Shown in pieces: positions 20,301 to 29,210 of a stretch of DNA of 64,000 nucleotides. The position numbers were made by a program, and so were the translations under genes. Location of the stretch: the NCBI GenBank assembly GCA_040767085.1, contig JAXGPF010000004.1:256001-320000 (forward strand). The letters run 5' to 3'. Position 1 is the stretch's first letter; the number at the start of each line of letters is the position of its first letter. This DNA comes from Kiritimatiellia bacterium. Lineage in GTDB: Bacteria > Verrucomicrobiota > Kiritimatiellia > JAAZAB01. The notes under the pieces are model-generated. The model worked only from the letters and a program-made list of their open reading frames with translations, was not told where the DNA came from and made no database searches.

Positions 20301-20985
20301 CAATCCGGCGCAGCCGGAATGGCAGGCAGTGGAGCGCGTTCTGCAAGCGCACGCCGATCATCCGGCATCCGTCAGGCTGGTCATTTATTGGAACGCGCCA
20401 GCCGGCGGACGCCTCTGCCTCAAAGATATCTCCCTGCTGGACCTGGGGCCGGCGACCAATACGGCCAGTTCGAAAAACCGCGTGCCCAATCCCAGTTTCG
20501 AAGATGCGCGCCTGCCCGGCTGGCCGGATTACTGGCAGCCGCGCGGCTTTGACCGGGCGATTCTGACCGAACACCGGCTGGGCATGCCGGGCGCTCCCTG
20601 GCAATCAGACGATGACCATCCGTTCCACGGCCGGGTGTCATTGCGGATGGCGCCGGCAGCGGGCGCGACGGCTTCCACCCCTTTCCAGCGCGCCGGATTC
20701 GGCATACCGGCGGAAGAAAGCCGGCCCTTCGAATTTACCGCCTGGCTGCGCGCGGAAAACGAGCATACCCCCGTACGGATTGTTTTGCGGGGGCTTGGCA
20801 GCAAAACTTTTGAGGTCGGCCCCGCGTGGACCCGTGTGGCAATGTCCGGCGTTAAGACCAATCCGCTCTCCGCCGCCTACCGCGATTTTACCGCCATCAC
20901 CATCAGTGCTCCGGGAACCGTCTGGGTGGATGCCGTCTGCCTCGCGGAATGCGACCCGGCGGCGCCGGCTGTGAAAAAAGATTAA
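17347..20985 (+). CDS. Secreted multidomain carbohydrate-active protein (CBM9-like N-domain, GH-like barrel, two CBM4/9-like domains)
   Basis: PVIDGRLDEDFW...GWSVEMALP...WRVNFCR; QPFFPFG, LGFNTV, HPAVAAYLAIDEP, IHGAKGINYF; NRVPNPSFE, WVDAV. Confidence 0.75.
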   Translation: MLKIDAGIMMLAGTVMCFGTNGLAGADGTPPALPAVAVLKIQPDERPVIDGRLDEDFWQDCSTVELQLVVPPGGAPAQRTASKIATDGSWLFVGIAAADNTLLDDAAAQTPLLNTRQDYVEFHLDPGTAGKRHFRFAVNRFGHMLADLKGIDANPGHAMHWRAAGAAAADGWSVEMALPLFYFAEVAGAGPGWRVNFCRLDTAPAEISSWAPVLRKFAEPEHFGRLENLPAGLPPAGQLPRRPFAPRLTYILAGPTTDQTGEYVSLVRIGMVNDSSNAGGAVSLHLRDESVPGQPMAMVTNVALKPGEHQCEATMELKRPLEFIPRPEVTLSLRDEMGTWAQTMAHGQGAIVEKYAAWLDHSYYTLETQAVLYVETAGDQPPPSNASVQTVLINSAGSNLWAGPARPAAPGVWRAAIPLAELPPARYTLEVQVRNASADARPERKIAVLNKLPPAPAGREVKIDHFNRCVLIGDQPFFPFGVCWMPAHSADLDLAHLKALGFNTVIRWTRFDGSPDDNGAVAARVGQDSLLAAAEKHGITVVEQPKSTRQRDAGNQRVWRWIYPRFVENYHDWKANDLPAVMAVMRAHPAVAAYLAIDEPSDVIVQPGNVPLARLLNDMMASIVQLDPYKPVFLNFGGMLPDRMEWLDNQSFFASFNYWLVQPDAAATAVRLAATLQHNSRLAEKYRKPLWLMPTTELNWSAQAVPMSAAENRTQLYIMLIHGAKGINYFSWPWLHAATDASLAELAREVQVLAPALLRRRPAQRVTYATAEGRDNDAGALMAALLVEPDDTPLLMFLNAGAEPVRIRCSLPWLDGEHRLASCFDASHADFKDGSFHAEFDPLATRIYRISGASITNAWQRHDILIRVEREIAEVDATGGKPANLIPDALFNDASAWLIRERDAGKVDFAAQPGNEPGRMLILDGAAGGGIYARSPRFRLRPYHRYRLSATVRYEKAGGARAAGMSLRAADAGDAAGELPALQCGNPAQPEWQAVERVLQAHADHPASVRLVIYWNAPAGGRLCLKDISLLDLGPATNTASSKNRVPNPSFEDARLPGWPDYWQPRGFDRAILTEHRLGMPGAPWQSDDDHPFHGRVSLRMAPAAGATASTPFQRAGFGIPAEESRPFEFTAWLRAENEHTPVRIVLRGLGSKTFEVGPAWTRVAMSGVKTNPLSAAYRDFTAITISAPGTVWVDAVCLAECDPAAPAVKKD

Positions 20986-21051
20986 CTTTACCGTTTGCAA
21001 ACATTACAATGGCCGCGGCCAACCTGACCTGAATTATTGAAAGGAGCCGTT

Positions 21052-22773
21052 ATGAAAAAAGCAGTCGCAATTGCCTGGTTATCGCCCATCCTGCTGGCGG
21101 CGGATACACATTACGTCCGCCCGCCGGAGACCTGCACCAATACCTACGCGCAATATCCGTTCACCTCCTGGGAGACCGCCTCCACCAATCTCCAGTGGGC
21201 CGTCAATGCTGCCGGCACGGCGGGAACGGTGCTGGTATCCAACGGCGTTTATCGTCTGACCAACAATGTGGTAATAACGGACGCCATCTATGTGCGCAGT
21301 TGGGTTGACGGCGCTTTTGACCCGACCAACACGGTGCTGGATGGACAAGGCAGCGTGGCCTGCCTTTATTTGAACCATACCGGTGCGGTCGTGGCCGGAT
21401 TCGCCTTTACCAACGGCAACGGGGTTGGCGGCAACAACAGTAATTATGGCGGCGCGGTATATATCGGGAGCGGCGTGTCATCCGGGGGCACGCTATCCAA
21501 TTGCATCGTCGCAGGGAACACCGCCCCTCAGCAAGGCGGCGGGATTTATGCCCGCGGCAACTATTGCTTGATTGTCGATTGCCGGGTCGAAAGCAATACC
21601 GTGATCAATGCCGGCGACCGCGGCGGCGGCGGGATCAGCATGTATGGCGGCACGGTTCGCGGCTGCCTGGTGCGGACGAACGTGATTCTGGAGTCGTCTT
21701 CGATATACACCGGCGGCGGCGGAATCGCCAGCCGCGACAGCGTGCTGATTGACGATTGCGTCATTGAAAACAATTTCACCGTCAACATGGGCGGTGGAGT
21801 TTTTGCCACCGAGCAGTCCGTTATCAGCAATACCGTCATCCGGAATAACCATTCCACCGGACAGACGGATTCGCAAGGCGGCGGGGGGCTGGCCCTGCGC
21901 AATTGCTATTCCTGGGTTGCAGACTGCATGATCGTGGACAACCACTGCGCCAGTAACGGCGGCGGCGTGCTGATCTACCAGGGCGCCAGCGGCTACTTCT
22001 CCACCATCTCCAATTCCACAATCCGCGGCAATATCGCGGGCCGCCGCGGCGGCGGAGTCAATCTGTCGCCCGGTTCGCCCAGCTATGCGGTCACCAACAA
22101 AATTATTGCCTGCATGATCGAAACCAACCAGTCGGGGGATTCAGGCGGCGGCGTGTTTATCGGCACCGGCGGCATTTTGATGGATCGGTGCATTCTCCGC
22201 GGGAACCAGGCCAGCAGCGAAGGCGGGTTCCGCAACATGAATGCCAGTGCGAATTTCCCGACGATTATCCGCAACACCCTGATTACCGGCAATTCCGCCG
22301 CGGGCAATTGCGGCGGCGCCCGCCTGCGCTACGGCGGCATCATGCAGAATTGCACCGTTTCCAGCAATTACGCCGGCGGCTCGGTCGGCGGACTATGGCT
22401 GGACGGAACCAACCTGACCGAAGGGCCGGTGACCCTCACCAATGTCATTTGCCGCTATAATTTCGCCGGCGAAACCGAAGTTAATTACACCTTGTCGGAC
22501 GGCGCGGTCGTCGCCTACAGTTGCACCTGGCCGACCAATGGCCTGGCCGGCCCGGGCAATATCGAGGCTGACCCGCTGTTCGTTGACACCAACGCCGGCA
22601 ATTACCGCCTGCAGGCCGGGTCGCCCTGCATCAATGCCGGGGCCCTGCAGCCGGCCTGGATGCCGGATGGCCTGGACCTGGATGGGCGGCCGCGCCTGGA
22701 CCGGTTTTCCCGGGCGGTTGATATGGGCTGCCATGAACACATCTTGTCCGGCATGTTATTGCAAATCCGCTAA
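21052..22773 (+). CDS. Secreted parallel beta-helix repeat protein with choice-of-anchor-Q-like C-terminus
   Basis: Repeated GGG(I/V)...C.I..N units; GNIEADPLFVD...NYRLQAGSPCINAG...DLDGRPR...VDMGCHE; RBS AGGAG before ATG 21052. Confidence 0.85.
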   Translation: MKKAVAIAWLSPILLAADTHYVRPPETCTNTYAQYPFTSWETASTNLQWAVNAAGTAGTVLVSNGVYRLTNNVVITDAIYVRSWVDGAFDPTNTVLDGQGSVACLYLNHTGAVVAGFAFTNGNGVGGNNSNYGGAVYIGSGVSSGGTLSNCIVAGNTAPQQGGGIYARGNYCLIVDCRVESNTVINAGDRGGGGISMYGGTVRGCLVRTNVILESSSIYTGGGGIASRDSVLIDDCVIENNFTVNMGGGVFATEQSVISNTVIRNNHSTGQTDSQGGGGLALRNCYSWVADCMIVDNHCASNGGGVLIYQGASGYFSTISNSTIRGNIAGRRGGGVNLSPGSPSYAVTNKIIACMIETNQSGDSGGGVFIGTGGILMDRCILRGNQASSEGGFRNMNASANFPTIIRNTLITGNSAAGNCGGARLRYGGIMQNCTVSSNYAGGSVGGLWLDGTNLTEGPVTLTNVICRYNFAGETEVNYTLSDGAVVAYSCTWPTNGLAGPGNIEADPLFVDTNAGNYRLQAGSPCINAGALQPAWMPDGLDLDGRPRLDRFSRAVDMGCHEHILSGMLLQIR

Positions 22774-22789
22774 ACACAAGGGAGATGGA

Positions 22790-24100
22790 ATGAAAGCAAA
22801 ACTGGCGATTAACGGCGGCGACCCGGCCATTAACCGAACCTGGCCCAGGGAACAGTGGCCGGTGATCAATCCGGAAGACGAGGCGGCCGTCTTGGATGTT
22901 TTACGCGGGCGGAAAATGTCCGGCACCGACATCACCGCGCAATTCGAGGAGGAATACGCCCGGTGGCAGGGCGCCCGGTTCGCCCTGGCCTGCAACAACG
23001 GCACGGCGGCTTTGCATTGCGCCATGTTCGGCGCCGGATTGCGCCGGGGCGACGAGGTCATTTCCACCACCTGGACTTACTGGGCCAGCCATGTGGCCCT
23101 GACCAATCTGGGCGCCACTGTCATCTTCGGCGACATTGACCCGCATACCCTGTGCCTGAATCCGCGCGATGCCGAACGCCGGATCACGCCGCGCACCCGC
23201 GCCATCATCGTGCCCCATATTTACGGCTACCCGGCCGCAATGGACGCCTTCCTGCAGCTGGCCGAACGCCACCACCTGAAAATCATCGAAGATTACTCGC
23301 ATGCGCATGGCGCCACCTGGCGCGGCCGCAAGGTCGGCTCCATCGGCCATGTCGGCGCGGCTTCGCTCATGACCGGCAAGCCCCTGGCGGCGGGCGAAGG
23401 CGGGGTGCTGAACACCGACGACCGCGCGATTTACGAACGGGCGGTCATGTTCGGACATTACGAACGCATCAAAACCTGCGTGCAGGATCCGGCCTGGCTG
23501 CGGTTTGCCGGGCTGCCGGTCGGCGGTTTCAAGTACCGCATGCACCAGATGACGAGCGCCATGGCGCGGATCAGGCTGAAACATTACGACCAGGACCGCG
23601 CGCCGGGCGCGCAGGCCCTGGAGCGGCTCTTCCGGCAATGCGCGGACATCCCCGGCGTGGACTGCAATTTTCCGCTGCACGACCCGGATGTCACAATCAG
23701 TTCTTCGTACTGCCAGCGGTTCATCCTGGGCGACGAAATCATCAGCCGCGTCCCGAACACCGTGATCGCCGAGGCCATGCGCGCCGAGGGGGTGTCGTGC
23801 TCCGCGGGCGGCTACGCCTGCCATCACCTGCACCCATTCTGGAACGAATGCGATGTGTATGGTGACGGCAAACCGACCCGGCTGGCGTTCGCCGACCGCG
23901 ATGTCCGGCAGGGACCGGGCGATTGCCCGGTAGCCGAGCGGATCAACCACCGCCTGATCAGCGTGCCGCGCTTTGTAAGGTTCGACCCGGCCATGGTGGA
24001 CCAGATAGCCGCGGCTTACCGCAAGGTCCTGACCAACCTCGATCAACTGGCCGGCCGCGCGGCCGTCGGCGGCGTTGACCGGTTCACCTCGCTGGGCTGA
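22790..24100 (+). CDS. DegT/DnrJ/EryC1/StrS family PLP-dependent sugar aminotransferase
   Basis: LAINGG, NNGTAALH, IIEDYSHAHG, SLMTGKPLAAGEGG. Confidence 0.92.
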   Translation: MKAKLAINGGDPAINRTWPREQWPVINPEDEAAVLDVLRGRKMSGTDITAQFEEEYARWQGARFALACNNGTAALHCAMFGAGLRRGDEVISTTWTYWASHVALTNLGATVIFGDIDPHTLCLNPRDAERRITPRTRAIIVPHIYGYPAAMDAFLQLAERHHLKIIEDYSHAHGATWRGRKVGSIGHVGAASLMTGKPLAAGEGGVLNTDDRAIYERAVMFGHYERIKTCVQDPAWLRFAGLPVGGFKYRMHQMTSAMARIRLKHYDQDRAPGAQALERLFRQCADIPGVDCNFPLHDPDVTISSSYCQRFILGDEIISRVPNTVIAEAMRAEGVSCSAGGYACHHLHPFWNECDVYGDGKPTRLAFADRDVRQGPGDCPVAERINHRLISVPRFVRFDPAMVDQIAAAYRKVLTNLDQLAGRAAVGGVDRFTSLG

Positions 24101-24125
24101 ACCATGGCGCGCCGAGCGGCGACGC

Positions 24126-24536
24126 TTATGATCTTGGCTGGGCCGGGAGGGACGCTGGATGCTCCGGCACGGCGCGGGACGACATGATTTCTCCCAGCAC
24201 GCGCGCGCCGCGCACGGGGCGCACATCCGCCTGCCCCATGGTGTAAGTCAAGGCCGGGGTGACCCATGGCTCACGGGGACGCAGCAGGCGGTCGCGCAAA
24301 TTCAGCCGGTCGTATCCGGCCTGCCATGGTCCGCGGCGTTTCACGCCCAGGCATGCAGCCAGCGCGAAATCCGGCCGCGCGCCGGTTTCATCGCACAACG
24401 AAGTTACGCCAGTGGCAATCAGCCGGGCGTATTCCGGCGCCTGGTCATAATCCGGCGCATGCAAGCCCACCATCAGCCGGCGCGGGCATTCGCGCACCCA
24501 ATTGTATACCGGCGCCATATTTTCGTTTATTTTCAT
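24126..24536 (-). pseudogene. Probable internally deleted glycoside hydrolase remnant
   Basis: RRLMVGLHAPDYD (hydrolase N-terminus-like) joined directly to LIATGVTSLCDETGARPDFALAACLGV (beta-galactosidase trimerisation/GATase-like segment); only 136 aa. Confidence 0.5.
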
Positions 24537-24725
24537 AATTCACATTAAACATGATGACAAATATTTCTGACAATAATCGCAAATTGCTGGCGAAATGAAA
24601 ACAGCAAATTGTCCTGTAGTTTTGACTGAACGTCCGGGACAAAAAATGCCGCCAACCAGCCTGGTTGCCACCTGTCGTATTTCCGGCTTGCGTGTTCAAT
24701 TCGCTTGGAATATCTTTGCGCGAGT

Positions 24726-25622
24726 ATGTCATCAAGCATAAAAATCCATATCGCCAAGATAATCGGGCGCATGCCCGATCCGGTCAACTACCACGGTGGC
24801 GTGGCCTTGCCGGAGCTGAGCCTGCCTGTCGGCATCAACATGTTCCCGCGCCCGCGGGGCGCGGCGCCATTTTACCATGAGCCGAAAAGGCATCTCTCCC
24901 GCCATGCGCTGATCTTGGCGATGGCAGTCAGAGGCTGGGTGTCTGTGAACCAGAATTTACTCCCGCTGTGCGGTAATAACGCGTTGCTCATTTTCCCCGG
25001 CCAGATGCATTATTACGTCCAACTGATGGTGCCGCCGCGCCGCTGGCTATTTGTGACTTTTCACCTGGACCAGGATTTGGCGCTGGCCGGCTTGCGCGAT
25101 GCGCCGGCTATGATTGACGCCGGCGCCTGGCGGCTGGTGGACGTGCTGGCGGCGGATTACCTGGACGCGCTCCGCCAGCGGCCGGAAGCCGCGACCCGGC
25201 TGGCCTTCACCCTGTGGCGCCTGCTGTGGCGGCTGGCGTCCCTGCGCGCGCACCACCCGATGAAACAGACAGGCGATTTCAACATCAACCGGCAGGATCA
25301 CAACCTGGTTGCCAAAATCCATCAACACCTTGAATCCAATTTTTCCCATGACCTTAATGTTGAGTCCATTGCCGCCGCCGTGGGGGTTTCCCGGAGCCGG
25401 TTGCAGGCGCGTTTCCACGCCATAATGGGCATGGGCATCGCCAATTTTATCCGCCGCCACCGGCTGAAACATGCTTGCCTGATGCTCTCCCGGACCGATG
25501 ACAGCATGGCGGCAATCGGCGAACAATGCGGATTCAGCTCGATTTATGTCTTCAGCCGGACGTTCAAGCGCGTGCTGGGGATCACCCCCAAGGCCTACCG
25601 CCAACGCGTCCGGCGGCGGTGA
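24726..25622 (+). CDS. AraC family transcriptional regulator
   Basis: RLKHACLML...MAAIGEQCGFSSIYVFSRTFKR...TPKAYR. Confidence 0.9.
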   Translation: MSSSIKIHIAKIIGRMPDPVNYHGGVALPELSLPVGINMFPRPRGAAPFYHEPKRHLSRHALILAMAVRGWVSVNQNLLPLCGNNALLIFPGQMHYYVQLMVPPRRWLFVTFHLDQDLALAGLRDAPAMIDAGAWRLVDVLAADYLDALRQRPEAATRLAFTLWRLLWRLASLRAHHPMKQTGDFNINRQDHNLVAKIHQHLESNFSHDLNVESIAAAVGVSRSRLQARFHAIMGMGIANFIRRHRLKHACLMLSRTDDSMAAIGEQCGFSSIYVFSRTFKRVLGITPKAYRQRVRRR

Positions 25623-25737
25623 GTTTAGTATGCGGGGGCGGTGTCAGGGGGATTTGTTCTTGCGTAACACCTTAAAACCGTAAACCGTAAAACTTCCAAA
25701 ACGTGAGTTTTGGAATTTGTTAAAGGAAGTATGATTC

Positions 25738-28700
25738 ATGCATAGAACCATGGCGGCAGATTTCAAGAATCCCGGCAGCGCGTTCCGCGCCAAGCCATTC
25801 TGGGCGTGGAACGGCAAACTGGATGAAACCGAGTTGCGCCGGCAAATCCGCGTGATGCAACGCATGGGCCTGGGCGGCTTTTTCATGCATTCGCGCGTTG
25901 GACTGGACACCCCTTACCTCTCCGATGAATGGTTCCGCCTGGTCGGCGCCTGCGTCGATGAAGCCCGTCAAAACGGGATGGAAGCCTGGCTCTACGACGA
26001 GGACCGCTGGCCTTCGGGCGCCGGCGGCGGTTTGGTGACCAAAAATCCGAAATACCGCGCGCGCACACTGGTGATGGACGAACTGGCCAAGCCGGCCGAT
26101 CTCCGGTGCCGGAATAACTGGCTGGCGGTTTTCATCGCGCGCCGGCAGGATGCGGGAACGCTGGCATACGCGCGCCGCACTGCCCGGCCCGGCGCCGCCC
26201 GATTGGCGCGCGGCGAGTTTCTGCTGGCATTTCGCTCTGAAATGATGCCGGACAGTTCATGGTTCAATGGCTATACATACCTGGACACACTTAATCCCGC
26301 CGCAGTGCGTAAATTCATCCGCGTCACCCATGCGGAATACGCCCGGCGTTTCGGCAAGCAATTCGGGCGGACCATTCCCGGAATCTTTACCGACGAACCG
26401 CATCACGGCCCCATGTTCAACCATGCGCTGGAGAGCGCCGGGATTCCCTGGACCGATGCCCTTCCCACAATCTTCCGGCAACGTTATGATTACGACCTGC
26501 TGCCGCGCCTGCCGGAGTTGTTTTATGACCTCGCCGGACTACCCGTATCCCAGGCGCGCTACCATTACCATGACTGCCTGTCCTGGATGTTCAGCGAGTA
26601 TTTCTGCCGCCAGATCGGCGAGTGGTGCGCGCGGCATAACCTGCCGCTCACCGGACACCTGCTCTTCGAGGATTCCCTGACCGGGCAGACCAATGCCTCC
26701 GGCGATTGCATGCGCGCTTATGAACACATGCAGATTCCGGGGATGGACCTGCTGACCGAGCGCGCCCGTTTTTACAATACGGCCAAACAGGTGTCGTCGG
26801 TGGCGCGCCAATTCGGGCGCCAGTGGCGCCTGACCGAGACTTACGGTTGCACCGGCTGGGATTTTTCGTTTGAAAGCCATAAGGCGTTGGGCGACTGGCA
26901 GATGGCACTGGGCATCAACCTGCGCTGCCAGCACCTGAGCTACTTCACCATGGCCGGCTCAGCCAAGCGCGATTACCCCGCATCCATCTTTTACCAATCG
27001 CCCTGGTGGGAATCATACGGCAAGGTGGAGGATTATTTCGCCAGGATTAATGCCATCATGACACGGGGAGAGGAAGTGCGCGACCTGCTGGTAATCCATC
27101 CGGTGGAATCCGCCTGGCTGCTATATCAAATGGAATTTGCCAAAACGCATACCCAGGCCGATATCAACCAAAAATTCATCAAACTGACCGAATACCTCCT
27201 GCAGCACCAGTTGGATTTCGATTTCGGCGCCGAATCCATCCTCCAAAAACACGGCCGGGCGCAGATCGGCCGCGGCGGCGTTCGCCTGGTGGTTAATCGC
27301 GCGGCTTATACTACCGTGCTGGTGCCGGAAATGCTCACCATGCGCTCATCCACCCTGCGCCTGCTGCAAAAGTTTTCCGCGCAGGGCGGCCGCCTGGTGT
27401 TTCTGGGCGCGCCACCCCCGCTGGTGGATGCCCAGCCGTCCAGCCTGCCGGCCAACCTGGCTGATAATTGCGCCCGGATTGCCGGACTGACCCCCGCCCT
27501 CGTCCGGGCACTGGAACCCACCTGCCGCCGGATTAAAATCACGGATGAAGCGGGCAAGCCGGTGCATTCGGCGCTTTATCTCCTGCGCCAGGATGCGGGC
27601 GCTTATTACCTGTTCGTCGCCAATACCAGCCATTCCCGCGCCCAACTCAAGCGCTTCATGGATGCCAGGATATGCGACAGGCAGGCAGCATGGCGCGAAA
27701 TCATCATCCGCGGCTTCGCCGATTGCGCCGGCGCGCCCCAGGCCTGGAATCCCGAAACCGGCCAAATCTTTACCGCCAACGCCCATCAAGCGCCGGACGG
27801 CGCCTGGGAAATCCGCGCGCCATTCCACCGCCTGGCCAGCCATGTGTTCGTCATCCCAAAACGCCCTGCCCGGGCGCATTTACCGCCGTCAAAATCGCCG
27901 CGCATAACTAAAACCATTAAATTGCCGGCCGGACAACGCCCGTTTGCCATGAGCGAACAGAATGTCCTGGCCCTGGACCGGCCCGCGTTCCGTCTTAATC
28001 ACAGTCCATGGCAGCCGACCGGCGATATTCTGCGGGTTGACCGGCTGATTCGCGAGAAGCTGGGACTGCCTCTGCGTTCCGGCCGCATGGTTCAGCCCTG
28101 GGCCCGCTCGGACGAAACCAATGCCGCCGCCGCCCGGGTCGAATTGCGTTACACCATCAACGTTAAACATCCACCGTCCGGCATGCTGCACCTTGCCATC
28201 GAACAGCCCGGCGACTTTGATATCCGGCTCAACGGAATGCCATTGCCGGCGGAAACCGATGCCGGCTGGTGGTGCGACCAGTCGCTTCGCCTGCTGCCGG
28301 TTGATCCGGCCCTGCTGCGGATCGGTACAAACGAACTTGCCTTGACCAACGCGCGCTACACGGCGCGTTCCAACCTTGAAATAATTTACCTGCAGGGCGA
28401 CTTCGGCGTTGCTTTGCGCGGAAGCGAGGCCTCTCTGACCCGGCCGCCAGCCTTTTTGAAACTCGGGGATTGGACCCGGCAAGGCCTGCCGTTTTATTCA
28501 GGCAATCTTACTTACCGGTGGCACAACGTCAAAATACCGCACAACCCCGGAGTGACTTATGCCTTGACTATTCCGGCATTCCGCGGGGTGGCGGTGCGGG
28601 TGCTGCTCAATGGGCGGCCGGCCGGGATTGCAGCCTGGCCGCCCTACGAAGTGGACATCACCGACCATTGCACGGGCAGCCCGTTGACCATCGGCGTGGA

Positions 28701-28872
28701 AATCCTGGGACACCGGCGCAATTCGCACGGGCCGCTGCATCATGCGGAAAAGTGGCCGCACTGGACCGGCCCGGCCGAATTCGAAACTGCGGATGACCAA
28801 TGGCAGGATGATTACCAACTGGTCCCCTGCGGCCTGATGGCGCCGCCAAAAATATTAATCCGCCAGGCTTGA
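25738..28872 (+). CDS. Glycoside hydrolase, GH106-like
   Basis: FKNPGSAFRAKPFWAWNG, GGFFMH, WLYDEDRWPSG, GIFTDEP, PGMDLL, GDW..QGLPFYSG. Confidence 0.8.
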   Translation: MHRTMAADFKNPGSAFRAKPFWAWNGKLDETELRRQIRVMQRMGLGGFFMHSRVGLDTPYLSDEWFRLVGACVDEARQNGMEAWLYDEDRWPSGAGGGLVTKNPKYRARTLVMDELAKPADLRCRNNWLAVFIARRQDAGTLAYARRTARPGAARLARGEFLLAFRSEMMPDSSWFNGYTYLDTLNPAAVRKFIRVTHAEYARRFGKQFGRTIPGIFTDEPHHGPMFNHALESAGIPWTDALPTIFRQRYDYDLLPRLPELFYDLAGLPVSQARYHYHDCLSWMFSEYFCRQIGEWCARHNLPLTGHLLFEDSLTGQTNASGDCMRAYEHMQIPGMDLLTERARFYNTAKQVSSVARQFGRQWRLTETYGCTGWDFSFESHKALGDWQMALGINLRCQHLSYFTMAGSAKRDYPASIFYQSPWWESYGKVEDYFARINAIMTRGEEVRDLLVIHPVESAWLLYQMEFAKTHTQADINQKFIKLTEYLLQHQLDFDFGAESILQKHGRAQIGRGGVRLVVNRAAYTTVLVPEMLTMRSSTLRLLQKFSAQGGRLVFLGAPPPLVDAQPSSLPANLADNCARIAGLTPALVRALEPTCRRIKITDEAGKPVHSALYLLRQDAGAYYLFVANTSHSRAQLKRFMDARICDRQAAWREIIIRGFADCAGAPQAWNPETGQIFTANAHQAPDGAWEIRAPFHRLASHVFVIPKRPARAHLPPSKSPRITKTIKLPAGQRPFAMSEQNVLALDRPAFRLNHSPWQPTGDILRVDRLIREKLGLPLRSGRMVQPWARSDETNAAAARVELRYTINVKHPPSGMLHLAIEQPGDFDIRLNGMPLPAETDAGWWCDQSLRLLPVDPALLRIGTNELALTNARYTARSNLEIIYLQGDFGVALRGSEASLTRPPAFLKLGDWTRQGLPFYSGNLTYRWHNVKIPHNPGVTYALTIPAFRGVAVRVLLNGRPAGIAAWPPYEVDITDHCTGSPLTIGVEILGHRRNSHGPLHHAEKWPHWTGPAEFETADDQWQDDYQLVPCGLMAPPKILIRQA

Positions 28873-29210
28873 TGGGCGCGGATAATGGCGGCGTAGATTC
28901 CCGGCAGGAAGTCCAAGTTCCGCAATCCTGAACCATCGCTGAAATTGCGCGTGTTTTCATGCACATACCGGAAAACAACTTGGCATATTTTTGATGGAGC
29001 CGGAACGCCCTCGTCCCGTTTCTGGACGGTTTGGCCCGACAAACCGCGTAAAAAAGTGCCAAGTCATTTTCACCCTGCATCAGGGAGGAAATAATGGCGC
29101 CCCGGCTGCCCGGCAGTCGGATCTATAAATGTAATGCCCTGCCGGAACGCCCCCAGCCAAGCAAAGGCCGATGACCGCCCGACAAAGGGTAATTTCAAAG
29201 TAATCACCAT

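Noticed and set aside
28873..29210. Further pseudogene fragments on the minus strand
   Set aside because: Short protein-like pieces are present, but no motif I can assign.
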